Source: Octopus sinensis (lineage: Eukaryota). Taken from it: 6,889 nt of DNA. A program made the translations under genes and the position numbers. The notes below the pieces were generated by a model. The model was not told the origin of the DNA. It saw only the letters and a list, made by a program, of their open reading frames with translations, and made no database searches. Below, piece by piece: positions 5,674-6,889 of the stretch (positions are counted from its first letter, which is position 1; each line of letters starts with the position of its first letter). The stretch lies in contig NW_021829206.1 of assembly GCF_006345805.1 (NCBI RefSeq), positions 1 to 6,889 on the forward strand, given 5' to 3'.

Positions 5674-6665
5674 GTATGATTAATTTAAATCGAATGTGTC
5701 TGTGTTCCTGCTTGTTCTGTTTGCCTCGGTTGTTTTAGCTGAATTGCTTATAATTAACTTTTTTATATTGATGGCGGCGGTATAGTTCAGTTTTAACTTA
5801 TTTCTATTGAATAATTTCCTGTAAGAGTGGTTAATGGGGAAATGTTTCTTTGTGACGTCCAGGAAATTGTTTGCTTTATTAGATTGAATTTTTAAAGAGA
5901 TAGGACGTGTGAACCAGATAATATTACACCGTATTTTCTTGTTAGAGAGTGATGGTAATTAGGGATATATTTGATTTTATCTTTGTATCCATAAGCTTTT
6001 AGTCCATTGTTCTGCGCAGCTACATCGGCGATTTATTCACTGGTTGATAAGTTACAGATTCTTCTACTGATATCAATGATTACGTTTTAGAAACCTAAGG
6101 GAAGATGGCGGAAATTTGCATCAACGTCTGTTGAATTTTATAATCAGACTTATTTTATAGGTTATATTTATCTATGCAAGGTTGGGGGTAACATTTAAAA
6201 TATTTACAGTTCATAACTTAAGAGTTATTGTTATTTTCAGGCTGAAATTGTTAACAGTATTGATTAAAATTTTCCTATACTTAACCAATCTATTGGCATA
6301 ATGTCATACACCCAGCCAGACATCTTTATATACGCCAAATCCTGTGATATTAAATATATTTTTTTAATGAGCCAGGTGGCTAATTGCGACGACAGTGATT
6401 TTTCAATTATTAGTTTCCTAATCAGTAATAACAGATTTGGTTTCATCATGCATCCGGAAGTGGGTACATGCTACTGACGAATCTCAAAGATGCAGAAATG
6501 GGCCCCTAGCATTTTACAACACTGCTACTGAATGATTTTCGTTTGCTTCTCTTATATTTTTGTACCATTAAACACAGCACGTCCATAAAGGATATTATCC
6601 TTGAACGAATACCGCAGTTAATTTGCCTTTTCCAATGTATCTGCTTTAAATATGCTGCACAAATG

Positions 6666-6696
6666 TCTCTCTCTCTCTCTCACTATATATATATAT

Positions 6697-6728
<32 letters not shown>

Positions 6729-6827
6729 ATATATATATTATTATAATATATTATTATATATATATTATATATTATATATATATATATATATTATGTAAAT
6801 ATATATGTATGTATATATATATGTATG

Positions 6828-6858
<31 letters not shown>

Positions 6859-6889
6859 TATACATACATATATACATACATATACATAT
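6666..6889. repeat. (CT)n followed by long (TA)n compound microsatellite running off the window end
   Basis: Directly visible. Confidence 0.97.

Overview
Eukaryotic, repeat-dominated, essentially non-coding window (intron or intergenic). No prokaryotic-type genes, CRISPR arrays, rRNA or intact tRNA genes are visible. Most of 1-5200 is a patchwork of tRNA-derived SINEs and di-, tri- and tetranucleotide microsatellites. One CORE-motif SINE family ('family A') has five copies: one full length at 2683-3090 and four truncated or internally deleted. Two other tRNA-headed SINE families are present ('B' at 2-240 minus, 'C' at 4827-4980 plus). From memory these repeats and the microsatellite load look like an octopus (coleoid cephalopod) genome; that assignment is recall, not a database result. 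Nearly all long ORFs in the supplied track are translations of simple repeats. The only candidate genic signal is a GC-rich 162-bp island at 5231-5392 with plus-strand splice signals and an open minus-strand frame, followed by a possible 58-nt exon and about 1.2 kb of repeat-free sequence. I found no convincing novel biological system. The most interesting observations are inverted SINE pairs and a microsatellite fold-back (possible dsRNA substrates), a retroelement-end-like island inside a (TATG)n array, module sharing between SINE families, and the candidate exons.
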